Shown here: positions 43,934-54,176 of the stretch, piece by piece
Numbering within the stretch: position 1 is the first letter of the stretch
Layout: every line of letters begins with the position of its first letter
From: Polyangiales bacterium
GTDB taxonomy: Bacteria > Myxococcota_A > Polyangia > Polyangiales > Polyangiaceae
DNA length: 64,000 nucleotides
Reading direction: 5' to 3'
Assembly (NCBI GenBank): GCA_038230375.1
Contig: JBBRNJ010000015.1
Span: 59,665 to 123,664 of the forward strand
Notes under the pieces: model-generated
The model's database searches: none
What the model saw: the letters and a program-made list of their open reading frames with translations, nothing else
Told to the model about the DNA's origin: nothing
Position numbers and translations under genes: made by a program

Positions 43934-45208
43934 CTAGATGGATTCTTCGACTGCCTTGATCGTCGCGTCGATGTCAGCGTCGGTGTGAGCCGTGCTGATG
44001 AACGCGGCCTCGAACTGCGAGGGCGGCCAGTACTGGTGACGCTCGCGCATCTTGCGGTGGAAGGAGCCGAAGCGCTCCGTGTCGCATCCCTTGGCGTCGT
44101 CCCAGCTCTTGATGCTGGTCTTGTCGGTGAAGAAGAGCGTGATCATCGAGCCGACGCGCTGGACCACGCCCTTCGCGCCCTTCTTCTGCAGCGCGGCGGT
44201 GATGCCCTTCTCGAGACGAGCGCCGAGCTCCTCGAGCCGCGTGTATACCTTCGCGTCGAGCCGGGCGATCTGCGCGAGCGCCGCGCTCACGCACACCGGG
44301 TTCCCGCTCAGCGTGCCTGCCTGATAGACGGGACCGATGGGCGCGACCTTCTCCATGAGGTCGCGACGACCGCCGTACGCCGCGAGCGGCATGCCTCCGC
44401 CGATGATCTTGCCAAGGCACGTCATGTCCGGTCGCAGGCCTGCGCGCTCCTGCATGCCACCGCGCGACAGACGGCAGCCGGTCATCACCTCGTCGAAGAT
44501 GGACACGGCGCCGTGCTTCTTGCAGAGCGCGATGATCTCCTCGAGGAAGCCCGGCTCCGGCGGGACCACGCCCATGTTGCCCACCACCGGCTCCACGATC
44601 ACGGCAGCGATCTTGTCGCCCTTGTCGGCGAAGAGCGCGCGCAGTGCGGCGAGGTCGTTGTAGGCAAGCGTTGCGGTGTTGCCCGCGGTGGCGCTCGGAA
44701 CGCCCGCAGAGTCCGGCACGCCGAACGTGGCGGCGCCCGAGCCCGCCTTCACCAGGAGGAAGTCCGCGTGGCCGTGATAGCAGCCCTCGAACTTCACGAT
44801 CACATCGCGGCCCGTGAAGCCACGCGCCACGCGTAGCGCGGCCATCGTCGCCTCGGTGCCGCTGGACACGGCGCGGACCATCTCGATCGACGGGTACAGC
44901 TCGCACAGCTTCTCCGCGAACTCGACCTCGAGTGCCGTGGGCGCGCCGTAGCTGGTGCCGCGCGTGGCGGCCTCGGTGATCGCCGCAATGATGTCCTTGT
45001 GCGCGTGCCCCAGGATCATCGGCCCCCAGGAGCCGATGTAATCCGTGTACTTTACACCATCTGCATCATACAAGTATGCGCCCTCGGCGCGGGCGATGAA
45101 GATGGGGTCGCCGCCCACTGCACGGAACGCGCGCACCGGGCTGTTCACGCCGCCGGGGATGCGCGTCTTCGCGCGGGAGAAGAGCTCGCTGGATTTCGAA
45201 TCGGCCAT
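43934..45208 (-). CDS. hemL: Glutamate-1-semialdehyde 2,1-aminomutase
   Basis: PGGVNSPVRAF, SGTEA, FDEVMTG, GKIIGGG and YQAGTLSGN. Confidence 0.97.
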   Translation of the reverse strand: MADSKSSELFSRAKTRIPGGVNSPVRAFRAVGGDPIFIARAEGAYLYDADGVKYTDYIGSWGPMILGHAHKDIIAAITEAATRGTSYGAPTALEVEFAEKLCELYPSIEMVRAVSSGTEATMAALRVARGFTGRDVIVKFEGCYHGHADFLLVKAGSGAATFGVPDSAGVPSATAGNTATLAYNDLAALRALFADKGDKIAAVIVEPVVGNMGVVPPEPGFLEEIIALCKKHGAVSIFDEVMTGCRLSRGGMQERAGLRPDMTCLGKIIGGGMPLAAYGGRRDLMEKVAPIGPVYQAGTLSGNPVCVSAALAQIARLDAKVYTRLEELGARLEKGITAALQKKGAKGVVQRVGSMITLFFTDKTSIKSWDDAKGCDTERFGSFHRKMRERHQYWPPSQFEAAFISTAHTDADIDATIKAVEESI

Positions 45209-45216
45209 GGTCGTTC

Positions 45217-47307
45217 CTATTTCGCTACCGAGAACTTGTACGTGAGGGTGACCGGCGCGCCGATGAAGGGCGGAGCAGTCGCGTGCGTGAGGAGCTTCTG
45301 GACGCAGGTGGCCTGCGTGGTGCCGGCGTACGGTGGATCGACGGCGACCTGCGTGATCTTTCCGTCCGCACCAAACGTGACCTTCGCGGTGCCTGGGCCG
45401 CTCACGCCGGTCGCCTCGTGGCAGGCGCCGCCGATCATGCCGCCGTAGGTCTCCAGCTTGCCCCGCGCTGCCTTCTCGTTGAAGGCGTTCGGATCGACCG
45501 GCGCGGCCGATGGAGCAGCCGACGGATGCGTCGTGGGCTGAGTCGTGGGCTGTGTCGTCGGCTGTGTCGTCGGCTGAGTTGTTGGCTGGGTGGTGGGTTG
45601 CGTCGGGGGCTCCGCCGTTGGCTGCGCAGACGGCGACTCCGTCCCGCCAGCGGCGCTGGGCGGTGGTGGATCCGTCGGCGCTGTGGTGACGCTCGCGGTC
45701 GGCTCGGGAATCGTTGGCGTCGTGGCCGCGGTGCTGCTCGGGATCGGCCGGCCGGAGGCGCTCGCGCTCAGGGCCGCATTCGGATCGATCTTGGCGCCCT
45801 TCCCCAGGCGAAGGAACGCAACGGCGCCACCGATGATGACCAACAGCACCAGCACCGCCCCGGCGATGATGACGCCGATGAGCGCGCCGTTGCTCTTCGG
45901 TGGCTCTGGAGCCGGCTCGTACGAGGGTCGCGCGGACGCGTCATCGACGATGACGGGGTTCGTGGGTGCGGGCATCCCGTTATTGATCGCGCCGGCGTTC
46001 GTGATGTTGGCGCCCGTCTGCTGCGGCGCGACCTGCTGTGGCGGGATCACCGCGCTCTGGCCTGCTGCACGCGGTGCCATGGGCGCGGGCGTTGGCAGAC
46101 CAGAGGGCCGCTGGTGCATGGCGAGCGTCGCGTTCAGGCCTGGTGAGGACGGAGCCTTCAACCGATGCGTCGTTGGCTGTGCGTGCGTGCCTGCGGCGGG
46201 CACAGGTGCGGCGGCGGACAGCATGGGCGCAGCGGGCGGCAGCGCGATGGGCGGCGCGGCCATCGCGAGCGTCTTGTTCTGCTGCTCTTTGCTGCTCTTC
46301 CCCTGATCGATCTGATCCTTCAAGAAGCCCATGCTGAGCGGCACGGTCGAGAGCGCGTTGAAGCCCTTGTGGCGCGCCATCCGGATCGCGTTGCGAAACA
46401 CCACCCAGAAGTCGTGCGCGTTCTGCCAGCGCTCCTTGGGGTTGACCTTGAACGAGCGAACGAAGACCTGCTCGATCTCGTCGGGCACCGTCAGGCCGAG
46501 CGTGCGCGGCGTGGGCCGGTGCTCCTCATCCAGGGCGCCGCGCGCGAAGTCGCCGATGTGCTCACCCTTCGTCACGGGCTCGCCCATCATGGATTCGAGG
46601 AGCATGAGCGAGAAGCCGTAGATGTCCGTCCACGGCCCGACCTCACCCACGCGATCGTCGAACTGCTCGGGCGCGCCGTAGGCGGGAGCAAAGATGCGGA
46701 TCGAGCCGAGCGTCTGGGCGCGTGCGCCGAGCTCCAGCGTGTGGTCGCGCAAGATCTTTGCGACGCCGAAATCGAGCACCTTGGTCTTCGTCGTTCCCTT
46801 GTCGTCGATGATGAAGATGTTGCCCGGGTTCATGTCGCGGTGAACCACGCCCTGGGCGTGTGCGTAGCCCAGACCGTCCGCCGCGCCGGAGAAGAGCTCG
46901 AACGCGTCCTCCAGCGTGCGGCCCTCCAGGCCCTGGGCGCGGCGCTGATCGTAGTCCTGCGCGAGCGAGCGACCCTCGAGCCATTCGAGGACCATGTATG
47001 GGAGCACGGCGCCCGTGGCGGGGACGGTGGTGGTCCCCGAAGAGATGCTTCGCACGATGGAGAGATTGCCCTGCGAGAGCTGGTAGTAGAGGCGGCTCTC
47101 GTCGCGGAAGCGTTGCACGAACGAATCCACGAGCGACGCCTGCAGCGCCGACGGCAGCTTGAGGCACTTCAGCGCGACGGGCGCATCGAGGCCGACGTGG
47201 TGGCCTTTGTAGACGACGCTGAATCCACCCTCGCCGACGTACTTGTCGACGCGAAACTGCCCGTCGAGTGTCTGCCCGACGAGTCCGAACGGATCATGCT
47301 CGTCCAC
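45217..47307 (-). CDS. Membrane Ser/Thr kinase with QPTT linker and TonB-C/GltJ-like tail
   Basis: GEGGFSVV, HRDMNPGN, DFG, APE, a TM helix and a tail containing KVTFGADGKITQV...C...PPF. Confidence 0.88.
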   Translation of the reverse strand: MDEHDPFGLVGQTLDGQFRVDKYVGEGGFSVVYKGHHVGLDAPVALKCLKLPSALQASLVDSFVQRFRDESRLYYQLSQGNLSIVRSISSGTTTVPATGAVLPYMVLEWLEGRSLAQDYDQRRAQGLEGRTLEDAFELFSGAADGLGYAHAQGVVHRDMNPGNIFIIDDKGTTKTKVLDFGVAKILRDHTLELGARAQTLGSIRIFAPAYGAPEQFDDRVGEVGPWTDIYGFSLMLLESMMGEPVTKGEHIGDFARGALDEEHRPTPRTLGLTVPDEIEQVFVRSFKVNPKERWQNAHDFWVVFRNAIRMARHKGFNALSTVPLSMGFLKDQIDQGKSSKEQQNKTLAMAAPPIALPPAAPMLSAAAPVPAAGTHAQPTTHRLKAPSSPGLNATLAMHQRPSGLPTPAPMAPRAAGQSAVIPPQQVAPQQTGANITNAGAINNGMPAPTNPVIVDDASARPSYEPAPEPPKSNGALIGVIIAGAVLVLLVIIGGAVAFLRLGKGAKIDPNAALSASASGRPIPSSTAATTPTIPEPTASVTTAPTDPPPPSAAGGTESPSAQPTAEPPTQPTTQPTTQPTTQPTTQPTTQPTTHPSAAPSAAPVDPNAFNEKAARGKLETYGGMIGGACHEATGVSGPGTAKVTFGADGKITQVAVDPPYAGTTQATCVQKLLTHATAPPFIGAPVTLTYKFSVAK

Positions 47308-47344
47308 GGGTGCAGCCTACAAGGGATCCACGCGGATTGAAACG

Positions 47345-48076
47345 CTACTTGGACAAGTAGTACGCGAGGCGGAGGCCTGCGGTCAGGCTGTCTCCGCTGA
47401 TCGACATTGCATCAATGTGCGTATATTTCAGCTCCGGCGACAGCGCGAGATGGCCCCGCTTGAGGCGCGCCAGGGTCAGCTCGTAGAAGGCTCCCGTTCC
47501 CACGTACGACTGCGTGCCGTCGACGTTGGGGTAGCGGCCGAACTTGGTCTCGAGCGACGACGACCCCACGCCCACCTCGCCGAAGATACCGACATCCGCC
47601 AGGCGCGGGTACCAGCGCACGAGCGGGAACGCGTCGAGGCGCATGCCCACGCCCAGGCCGTGCGACTTCCAGTGCGCGCTCTCGAAGTGGTCGACCTGCA
47701 TCATGAAGCCCGCGGTGAGGTAGTCCGTGAGCGCGTAGCCAAGGTGGAAGGAGAAGCTCGTGCCGTAGAGCAGATCGGACGAAGAGTAGAAGTCTCGGTT
47801 GTCGATCGCGCGTGCGTCGTTCGGATAGCCCGCCACGTGCGCCACGCCCGTGTGCATCGTGGCGGACGGCGTGAAGCCGTCGCGGAACTTCGCGGGCACG
47901 TCGATCTCTGCGTTGGTCGCCGGGTCCGTGGGGCCAGCCGCGAAGGCAGTTCGCTCACTTCCCACCGTGACGCCAACCATGACGCCAACCATGACGCCAA
48001 CCATGACGCCAACCATGACGAAGGGGCCCGCGAGCACGACGGCGCTTGAGGAGCTCTTGAGCCCGCGAATCTGCAC
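47345..48076 (-). CDS. Hypothetical outer-membrane beta-barrel protein
   Basis: Signal peptide ending AFA and amphipathic strands ending GLRLAYY. Start uncertain. Confidence 0.65.
   Translation of the reverse strand: MQIRGLKSSSSAVVLAGPFVMVGVMVGVMVGVMVGVTVGSERTAFAAGPTDPATNAEIDVPAKFRDGFTPSATMHTGVAHVAGYPNDARAIDNRDFYSSSDLLYGTSFSFHLGYALTDYLTAGFMMQVDHFESAHWKSHGLGVGMRLDAFPLVRWYPRLADVGIFGEVGVGSSSLETKFGRYPNVDGTQSYVGTGAFYELTLARLKRGHLALSPELKYTHIDAMSISGDSLTAGLRLAYYLSK
47968..48020. repeat. 12-bp tandem repeat (TGACGCCAACCA), about 4.4 copies
   Basis: Perfect copies encoding (VMVG)n in the signal peptide. Confidence 0.95.
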
Positions 48077-48163
48077 GCAGCCTTTTTACGACGGGAGCGC
48101 CCACACGCCCAGACCTTTATTCCATCGACGCAGCATGCGCTTCTGGATAAAAACGAGGGTCCC

Positions 48164-49432
48164 ATGACAGGCTCCAAGGTTTCCGACCCCCATCTCTCGG
48201 AGCGCGACCCCGACCTCTTCCGTCTCATCCAGGAGGAGAACAAGCGCGAGCACGAGACCATGCGCCTCATCGCGAGCGAGAACTACGCCTCGCGCGCCGT
48301 GATGGAAGCGGCGGGCTCCTGCCTGGCGAACAAGTACTCCGAGGGCTACGCGAAGAAGCGCTACTACGAGGGGCAGGCCGTCATCGACGCAGTGGAAGAG
48401 CTCGCGATCGCCCGCGTGAAGGAGCTCTTCAATGCGGAGCACGTGAACGTGCAGCCGTACTCCGGCAGCCCCGCGAACCTGGCCGTGTACCTTGCGTTCT
48501 GCCAGCCCGGCGACACCATCATGGGCCTTGGCCTCCCCGCCGGCGGCCACCTGACCCACGGTCACACGGTGTCGATCACCGGCAAGTACTTCAAGAGCGT
48601 GCCCTACGGCGTTCGGCGCGAGGACCATCGCATCGACATGGACGAGGTGCGCAAGCTCGCAAAGGAGCACAAGCCGAAATTGCTCTGGTGCGGGACCACC
48701 GCGTATCCGCGCACGATCGATTTCGCCGCCTTCCGCGAGATCGCGACCGAGGTCGGCGCCATCCTCGCCGCCGACATCGCGCACATCTCGGGTCTCGTCT
48801 GCGCTGGCGTGCATCCTTCGCCCATCGGCATCGCTGACGTCGTCACCAGCACCACGCACAAGACGTTCCGCGGCCCACGCGGCGGAATGATCATGTGCAA
48901 GAAGGAGCACGCCTCCGCGATCGACAAGGCCGTCTTCCCTGGCCTTCAAGGCGGCCCGCACAACGCAGCCACCGCAGGGATCGCGGTCGCCGCGAAGGAA
49001 GCCCTCACGCCGGAGTTCAAGGTCTACGCGCAGCACGTGGTCGACAACGCGAAGGCGCTCGCGGAGGCGCTCATGGCGCGCGGCTTTGCCGTCACCACGG
49101 GTGGCACGGACAACCACCTGCTCCTGATCGATCTCACGAACAAGGGCGTCGCAGGAAAGCCGGCTGCGCAGGCGCTCGACAAGGCCGGTATCGTCGCGAA
49201 CTACAACTCCGTGCCGTTCGACCCGCGAAAGCCGTTCGATCCGTCGGGACTCCGCATCGGCACGCCGGCGGTCACGTCGCGCGGCATGGGCACGGCCGAG
49301 ATGGTGAAGCTGGCCGAATGGGTCGACCGCGTCGTGCAGAAGCACGGCGACGAGACCACGCTCGCGGCAGTTTCAAACGAAGTGCGTGAGCTCTGCAACC
49401 ACTTCCCTGCGCCGGGGCTCATTGTCGGCTGA
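48164..49432 (+). CDS. glyA: Serine hydroxymethyltransferase
   Basis: LIASEN, NKYSEGY, GGHLTHG and TTHKTFRGPRGG. Confidence 0.98.
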   Translation: MTGSKVSDPHLSERDPDLFRLIQEENKREHETMRLIASENYASRAVMEAAGSCLANKYSEGYAKKRYYEGQAVIDAVEELAIARVKELFNAEHVNVQPYSGSPANLAVYLAFCQPGDTIMGLGLPAGGHLTHGHTVSITGKYFKSVPYGVRREDHRIDMDEVRKLAKEHKPKLLWCGTTAYPRTIDFAAFREIATEVGAILAADIAHISGLVCAGVHPSPIGIADVVTSTTHKTFRGPRGGMIMCKKEHASAIDKAVFPGLQGGPHNAATAGIAVAAKEALTPEFKVYAQHVVDNAKALAEALMARGFAVTTGGTDNHLLLIDLTNKGVAGKPAAQALDKAGIVANYNSVPFDPRKPFDPSGLRIGTPAVTSRGMGTAEMVKLAEWVDRVVQKHGDETTLAAVSNEVRELCNHFPAPGLIVG

Positions 49433-50432
49433 GCGGAGGAGAGGAACGGGCGCCCGCGCGCTCGCTGCCTGCGCCGCGATTGCGTGCGCGGCACTCGCGC
49501 CCATGGCTCACGCAAGCGAACCGAAGAGCGGAGCCCCAGCCGAGGCTCCCGCGGCAACGCCCCAAGCAGAGATGGCGTCGGTCGAGTACGGCAGCTATCA
49601 GGGCACGTCATTCGGCGCCTACCTTGCGCCGAAGGGCGACTTCATCGACGCGGATGGCGGCGTGGACCTGGTGTTCCACTTCAACGCGGCCATGCTCGCG
49701 GAGAAGAGCTGGCGCCGGAGCGATGCAAACGCGGTGATCGTGAGCCAGGCGTTCAGCACCTTCGGCAGTGGCCCTTACGAGGACGCATATGCAGACCAGG
49801 GGCGCTTCGGGCGCATGGTCACCGAGGTGCTCGGGCGCATCTCCGCATCCCCCGACGCGGGTCGTCACCAGCACGAGAGCCTTCACGCACGACGCATCAC
49901 GCTGGTCGGCTGGAGCGCCGGCTGCGCGGCGGTCGGCGCGATCCTTTCGGTGCCACGCTACTTCGCGATGGTGGACAGCGTTGTCCTTCTCGACGGTTTA
50001 CATGCACAATACAAGCTTCGCCCGGGCGAGGCGAAGGGCCCCGCAAAGGGCGCCGCGCGCGTGAACGTCGGGCAGCTCGCCACCATGCTGCGGTTCGCGA
50101 ACGAGGCGATCGAGGGCCGGAAGCAGCTGGTCGTGACCCACACGAGCATCCTCACCACGGACTACGCGACCACCACGGAGACATCCGACGCGCTCGTGCG
50201 CGAGCTCTCCCTCACGAACGCCGCCACGGACGAGACCCTGTTCGGCATGCACCTGCGGACGCGCGCCCACAAGAAGAACCTGCAGGTCCTCGGCTTCACC
50301 GGCCAGAACCCGGAGGACCACATGAAGCACCTGCACGCCGTCGGCGACATCGTGCGCACGTGGGTCACTCCCCGCCTGGAAGCGCTGGCCGCCGAGGACC
50401 GCGAAGCGCGAGCGCAGCGCGCGTCGAACTAG
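49422..50432 (+). CDS. Secreted alpha/beta-hydrolase-like protein
   Basis: Signal peptide ending AHA, GWSAG elbow and VVLLDGLH. Start uncertain (TTG 49422). Confidence 0.65.
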   Translation: MSAERRRGTGARALAACAAIACAALAPMAHASEPKSGAPAEAPAATPQAEMASVEYGSYQGTSFGAYLAPKGDFIDADGGVDLVFHFNAAMLAEKSWRRSDANAVIVSQAFSTFGSGPYEDAYADQGRFGRMVTEVLGRISASPDAGRHQHESLHARRITLVGWSAGCAAVGAILSVPRYFAMVDSVVLLDGLHAQYKLRPGEAKGPAKGAARVNVGQLATMLRFANEAIEGRKQLVVTHTSILTTDYATTTETSDALVRELSLTNAATDETLFGMHLRTRAHKKNLQVLGFTGQNPEDHMKHLHAVGDIVRTWVTPRLEALAAEDREARAQRASN

Positions 50433-50447
50433 CGGTTCATCTGTATT

Positions 50448-50792
50448 CTACAAGTATTTGCCGCGGGCTTCGGGGTGCTCGTTTTCAAAGGCCTGGAGGC
50501 TCTCGCGCGTGATCTCCACCTCGATCACGCCGTCCTTCAGGATCTTCGACTGACAGCCCAGCCGCGATTGCGCGCGCACGTCGAACGCCTTGTCCAGGAT
50601 GTCCTGTTCCTCGTCCTCTGCTTCGGACAGGAGCTCGAGCCCCTGCTTCACGTAGAGGTGGCAGGTGGAGCAAGCGCAGACGCCGCCGCATGCGCTGCCC
50701 TCGGGCGCGTGTGCCGCGACCGCTGCCTGCAGGAGTGAGGTGCCCACGGGGACCTCCACCTCTCCGAAGCCCTTGAATATGACCTTCGCCAT
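50448..50792 (-). CDS. fdx: ISC [2Fe-2S] ferredoxin
   Basis: CGGVCACSTCH and SRLGCQ, last gene of the isc operon. Confidence 0.93.
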   Translation of the reverse strand: MAKVIFKGFGEVEVPVGTSLLQAAVAAHAPEGSACGGVCACSTCHLYVKQGLELLSEAEDEEQDILDKAFDVRAQSRLGCQSKILKDGVIEVEITRESLQAFENEHPEARGKYL

Positions 50793-50795
50793 TGC

Positions 50796-52733
50796 TTACT
50801 CCTCGCTGTCCTTCGGCTGTGGGAGCGGCCCCTTGGCGCCCTTCTCGTGCGCGAGATCGATGCCGAGCGCCGTCTCCACGCTTGCCTCCACGTCGCCGAT
50901 CGCCTTGCCTGCGATCGCCCGTGCGATCGCTCGGTTCATGCGGCGACCCGCGAACTCCTTGGTGGCCGCGTCGATATCGGAGATCGCGAGCTGTATCTTT
51001 CCAGCGTCGGAGCCGGTGCGAGCGCGGTCGAGCGTCTCGATCGCCTTGGTGATGTTCTCGCGCTCACCGTCCACGAGCAGGTCCGCGTCGGCGTCGAGCG
51101 ACTTCCTGGTCGCGGAGAGCATGCGCGACGCCTCGACCTTGTTCTCGGCCAGCTTGCGCGCGGCAAGGTCCTCTTCACCGTGGTCGATGGACTCGAGGAG
51201 CATGCGCTCGACCGTGTCGTCGTCGAGACCGTAGGAGGGCTTCACCTCCACCGTCTGCTCTTTGCCGGTCACGGTCTCCTTCGCGGTCACGTGCAAGAGC
51301 CCGTCTGCGTCGACGCGGAACGTGATCTCCAGGCGCGCCATGCCAGCGGCCATGGGCGGGATGCCCTTCAGCGTGAACTCCGCGAGGCTGCGGTTGTCCT
51401 TCGCGAGCTCGCGCTCACCCTGCACGACATGGATCTGAAAGCCCGTCTGCTTGTCTTCTTGCGTGGTGTACGAGGCGCGCGCTGCGGCCGGCACCGTGGT
51501 GTTGCGCGGAAGGATCTTGTCCACCACGCCACCGCCCACCTCGATGCCGAGCGATAGCGGGATCACGTCGAGAAGAAGGATGTCATCCGGATTTCCCTCG
51601 CCCGCGAGCAGATCGGCCTGCACCGCGGCGCCGAGCGCGACGACCTTGTCCGGATCGATGTCGGCGAGTGGTTCCTTGCCGAGCCACTCCTTGACCTTCC
51701 CTCGTACCAGCGGCACGCGGGTCGAGCCGCCGACCAGGATGACACCGTCCAGGCCATCCTTGTCCACGCCAGCATCCTTCATGGTGCGGCGACACACCGC
51801 CCCGGTGCGCTCCACGATCTCCCCGCAGAGCTCGTCGAAGCGTGCGCGCGTGAGCGTGAGCTCACCACCCAGCGGATTCTCGATGCGCGCCTCCGGTGCG
51901 TCCGTGAGCGCGTGCTTCATCGCGCGCGCCGCAGTGAGGAACGCGCGGACCACCGCGGGACGCTCGCGCGCCTCGGGGGACACCTTTGCTTGCACGAGCA
52001 GCTCGCCCGCGACGGCCCGATCCATGTCGTCCCCACCAAGCGCGCTGTCACCGCCCGTTGCGCGGACCTGGAATACGCCGTCAGAGAGCAGCAGCACCGT
52101 GACGTCGAACGTGCCACCGCCAAGGTCGTAGACCAGGAACGTGCCGTTCTGCTTCTTGTCCAGGCCGTACGCGAGCGCAGCGGCTGTTGGTTCGTTGAGG
52201 AGGCGCAGCACGTCGAGGCCGGCGAGCTTCGCGGCGTCCTTCGTGGCCTGGCGCTGCGCGTCGTCGAAGTAGGCGGGCACCGTGATCACTGCGCCGCCAA
52301 CGCTCTGGAGCTCGTCCTCCGCGAGGCGACGGAGCGCGCGAAGGATCTCGGCGGACACCTCCACCGGCGTGACGATCTTGGAGCCCACGTTGAAGCGAAC
52401 GACATTCGGCTCGCCTTCCTTGCGCGGAACGAACGCGTACGTACCAAGGCGCTTCGTCTCCGGATCGTCCGCGCCACGGCCCATGAAGCGCTTCACGCTC
52501 GCGATGGTCTCGCGCGGGTGCTCGGTGGCGCGCGTGACCGCGAGGCGCCCGACAATGGGCGTGGCGCTGTCGCCGTAGCTGACCACGCTGGGGAGGAGAG
52601 CCTCTTGATCGCAGTCGAGGACCACGATGGGTCGCTCGTTCTTCACATACGCGACGAGCGAGTTGGTGGTGCCAAGGTCGATGCCGATCGGACGGGGCGC
52701 TGCCTTGGGGTCGAATATTTCGAAGAGGGCCAT
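50796..52733 (-). CDS. hscA: Fe-S assembly chaperone HscA
   Basis: Hsp70 motifs [15 protein letters not shown] and [15 protein letters not shown] tail, operon context. Confidence 0.95.
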   Translation of the reverse strand: MALFEIFDPKAAPRPIGIDLGTTNSLVAYVKNERPIVVLDCDQEALLPSVVSYGDSATPIVGRLAVTRATEHPRETIASVKRFMGRGADDPETKRLGTYAFVPRKEGEPNVVRFNVGSKIVTPVEVSAEILRALRRLAEDELQSVGGAVITVPAYFDDAQRQATKDAAKLAGLDVLRLLNEPTAAALAYGLDKKQNGTFLVYDLGGGTFDVTVLLLSDGVFQVRATGGDSALGGDDMDRAVAGELLVQAKVSPEARERPAVVRAFLTAARAMKHALTDAPEARIENPLGGELTLTRARFDELCGEIVERTGAVCRRTMKDAGVDKDGLDGVILVGGSTRVPLVRGKVKEWLGKEPLADIDPDKVVALGAAVQADLLAGEGNPDDILLLDVIPLSLGIEVGGGVVDKILPRNTTVPAAARASYTTQEDKQTGFQIHVVQGERELAKDNRSLAEFTLKGIPPMAAGMARLEITFRVDADGLLHVTAKETVTGKEQTVEVKPSYGLDDDTVERMLLESIDHGEEDLAARKLAENKVEASRMLSATRKSLDADADLLVDGERENITKAIETLDRARTGSDAGKIQLAISDIDAATKEFAGRRMNRAIARAIAGKAIGDVEASVETALGIDLAHEKGAKGPLPQPKDSEE

Positions 52734-52738
52734 CGGTT

Positions 52739-53266
52739 CTATCCCAGGAGCTCGTCGTGAATGGCGCTCACCTCTTCGAGGAACCGCCTGTAGAAGCGGA
52801 GCTCTCCCAGCGCGCCGATCTCCGCCTTCGCGCTGTCCGCGGAAGCACCGGGCGCGAGCGCGGCTGCGAGCCTTTTCTCCGCGTTCTTCTGCGCTTCACG
52901 CATCGCGATCTCCAGCGCAGACACGCGCGCTGCGTCCTTGGCGGCTCGCGCCTCCGCGAGGGCCTCGCGCTGCTCGAGCACTTCCATCAGGAAGTCCGGC
53001 GGCGGCTTCGGCTCGTGCGTCTCACCGACCTCTATGCCGCGGAGCTGAAAGAGCGCCTCCGCGCGCTTCACCGGATCTCGCAGCACGCGGAATGCCTCGT
53101 TCACTTGCATCGCCTGCTCGACGGCGTCCTTGCGCCCCGCGGAGGACGCGACCCGATCGGGATGCACCGCGCGCGACAGCTCACGATGCACGCGCTCGAG
53201 CTCCGGCAGGTTCACGTCGAAGCGTGCTGGAAGACCGAACGTGGCGAATGGATCTCGGAGGCTCAT
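52739..53266 (-). CDS. hscB: Co-chaperone HscB
   Basis: J-domain [17 protein letters not shown] and [11 protein letters not shown]. Start at MSLRDPF. Confidence 0.92.
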   Translation of the reverse strand: MSLRDPFATFGLPARFDVNLPELERVHRELSRAVHPDRVASSAGRKDAVEQAMQVNEAFRVLRDPVKRAEALFQLRGIEVGETHEPKPPPDFLMEVLEQREALAEARAAKDAARVSALEIAMREAQKNAEKRLAAALAPGASADSAKAEIGALGELRFYRRFLEEVSAIHDELLG

Positions 53267-53277
53267 CAGACGGCAAG

Positions 53278-53724
53278 CTAGACCGTGAATGAATGCCCGC
53301 AGCCGCAGTTGGACTTCTCCTGCGGGTTCCGGAACTTGAAGCCTTGCGTCATGAGCGTCTGCTCCCAGTCCAGCTCGGTGCCGTTCAGGTAGATGAGGCT
53401 CTTCTTGTCCGTGATGACGCGGACGTTGGTCCCGTCCTGCGCCTTGAGATCGTAGACCACGTCGCGGGCCTGCGGCTCGCCGTCGTGGAACTGGATGACG
53501 TACGAGAACCCGGAGCAACCGCCGCCGCGAACACCGACGCGCAACGCAGTGCCCGTGGTGCCGCGCTTCTCGATCTGCTTCTTGATCGCCTCGACCGCCT
53601 TCGCGGAAATGGTGATCGCCAGCGTCGCCTTGCGCCCGTCTGCAGAAGCGTCTGCAGCCGCAGCCTTTTCGGGCTTCGGCTGCTCGTGGTTGTGGGTCTC
53701 GGCGTTCATGAGGTCCTCGTTCAC
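53278..53724 (-). CDS. iscA: A-type Fe-S carrier IscA
   Basis: GGCSG and CGCGHSF. Alternative start ATG 53709. Confidence 0.93.
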   Translation of the reverse strand: MNEDLMNAETHNHEQPKPEKAAAADASADGRKATLAITISAKAVEAIKKQIEKRGTTGTALRVGVRGGGCSGFSYVIQFHDGEPQARDVVYDLKAQDGTNVRVITDKKSLIYLNGTELDWEQTLMTQGFKFRNPQEKSNCGCGHSFTV

Positions 53725-54119
53725 TTCGCTTGTGCGCGCGCGGCCTGCTTTGCGCGGTAGTCCGCGATGGCGCTCTTGATGGCGTCCTCTGCCAGCACGG
53801 AGCAGTGGATCTTCACCGGCGGCAGGTTCAGCTCGTTGACGATGTCGACGTTCTTGATGGTCTCGGCCTCATCGATGGTCTTGCCCTTGATCCACTCGGT
53901 GGCGAGTGAAGAGGAGGCGATCGCGCTGCCGCAGCCGAACGTCTTGAACTTCGCGTCCTCGATGACGCCGCCTGCGCCGACCTTGATCTGCAGGCGCATG
54001 ACGTCACCGCACGCGGGCGCGCCGACCAGGCCGGTCCCGACGGTGGGATCCGCCTTGTCCAGCGTGCCGACGTTGCGCGGGTTCTCGGTGTGCTCGATGA
54101 CTTTTTCGCTGTATGCCAT
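53721..54119 (-). CDS. iscU: Fe-S scaffold IscU
   Basis: GAPACGD, FGCGSA and LPPVKIHC. Start at MAYSEKV. Confidence 0.97.
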   Translation of the reverse strand: MAYSEKVIEHTENPRNVGTLDKADPTVGTGLVGAPACGDVMRLQIKVGAGGVIEDAKFKTFGCGSAIASSSLATEWIKGKTIDEAETIKNVDIVNELNLPPVKIHCSVLAEDAIKSAIADYRAKQAARAQAK

Positions 54120-54176
54120 TTTCTTTGTCCTTTGAATCTTTCCGCTGTCAGTCGCGGTTTGCTGGATCACGAAGCG

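Noticed and set aside
45227..45250. Extra MerR operator upstream of hemL
   Set aside because: Only a half-site (GTGAGGGT) inside coding sequence; the left arm does not match.
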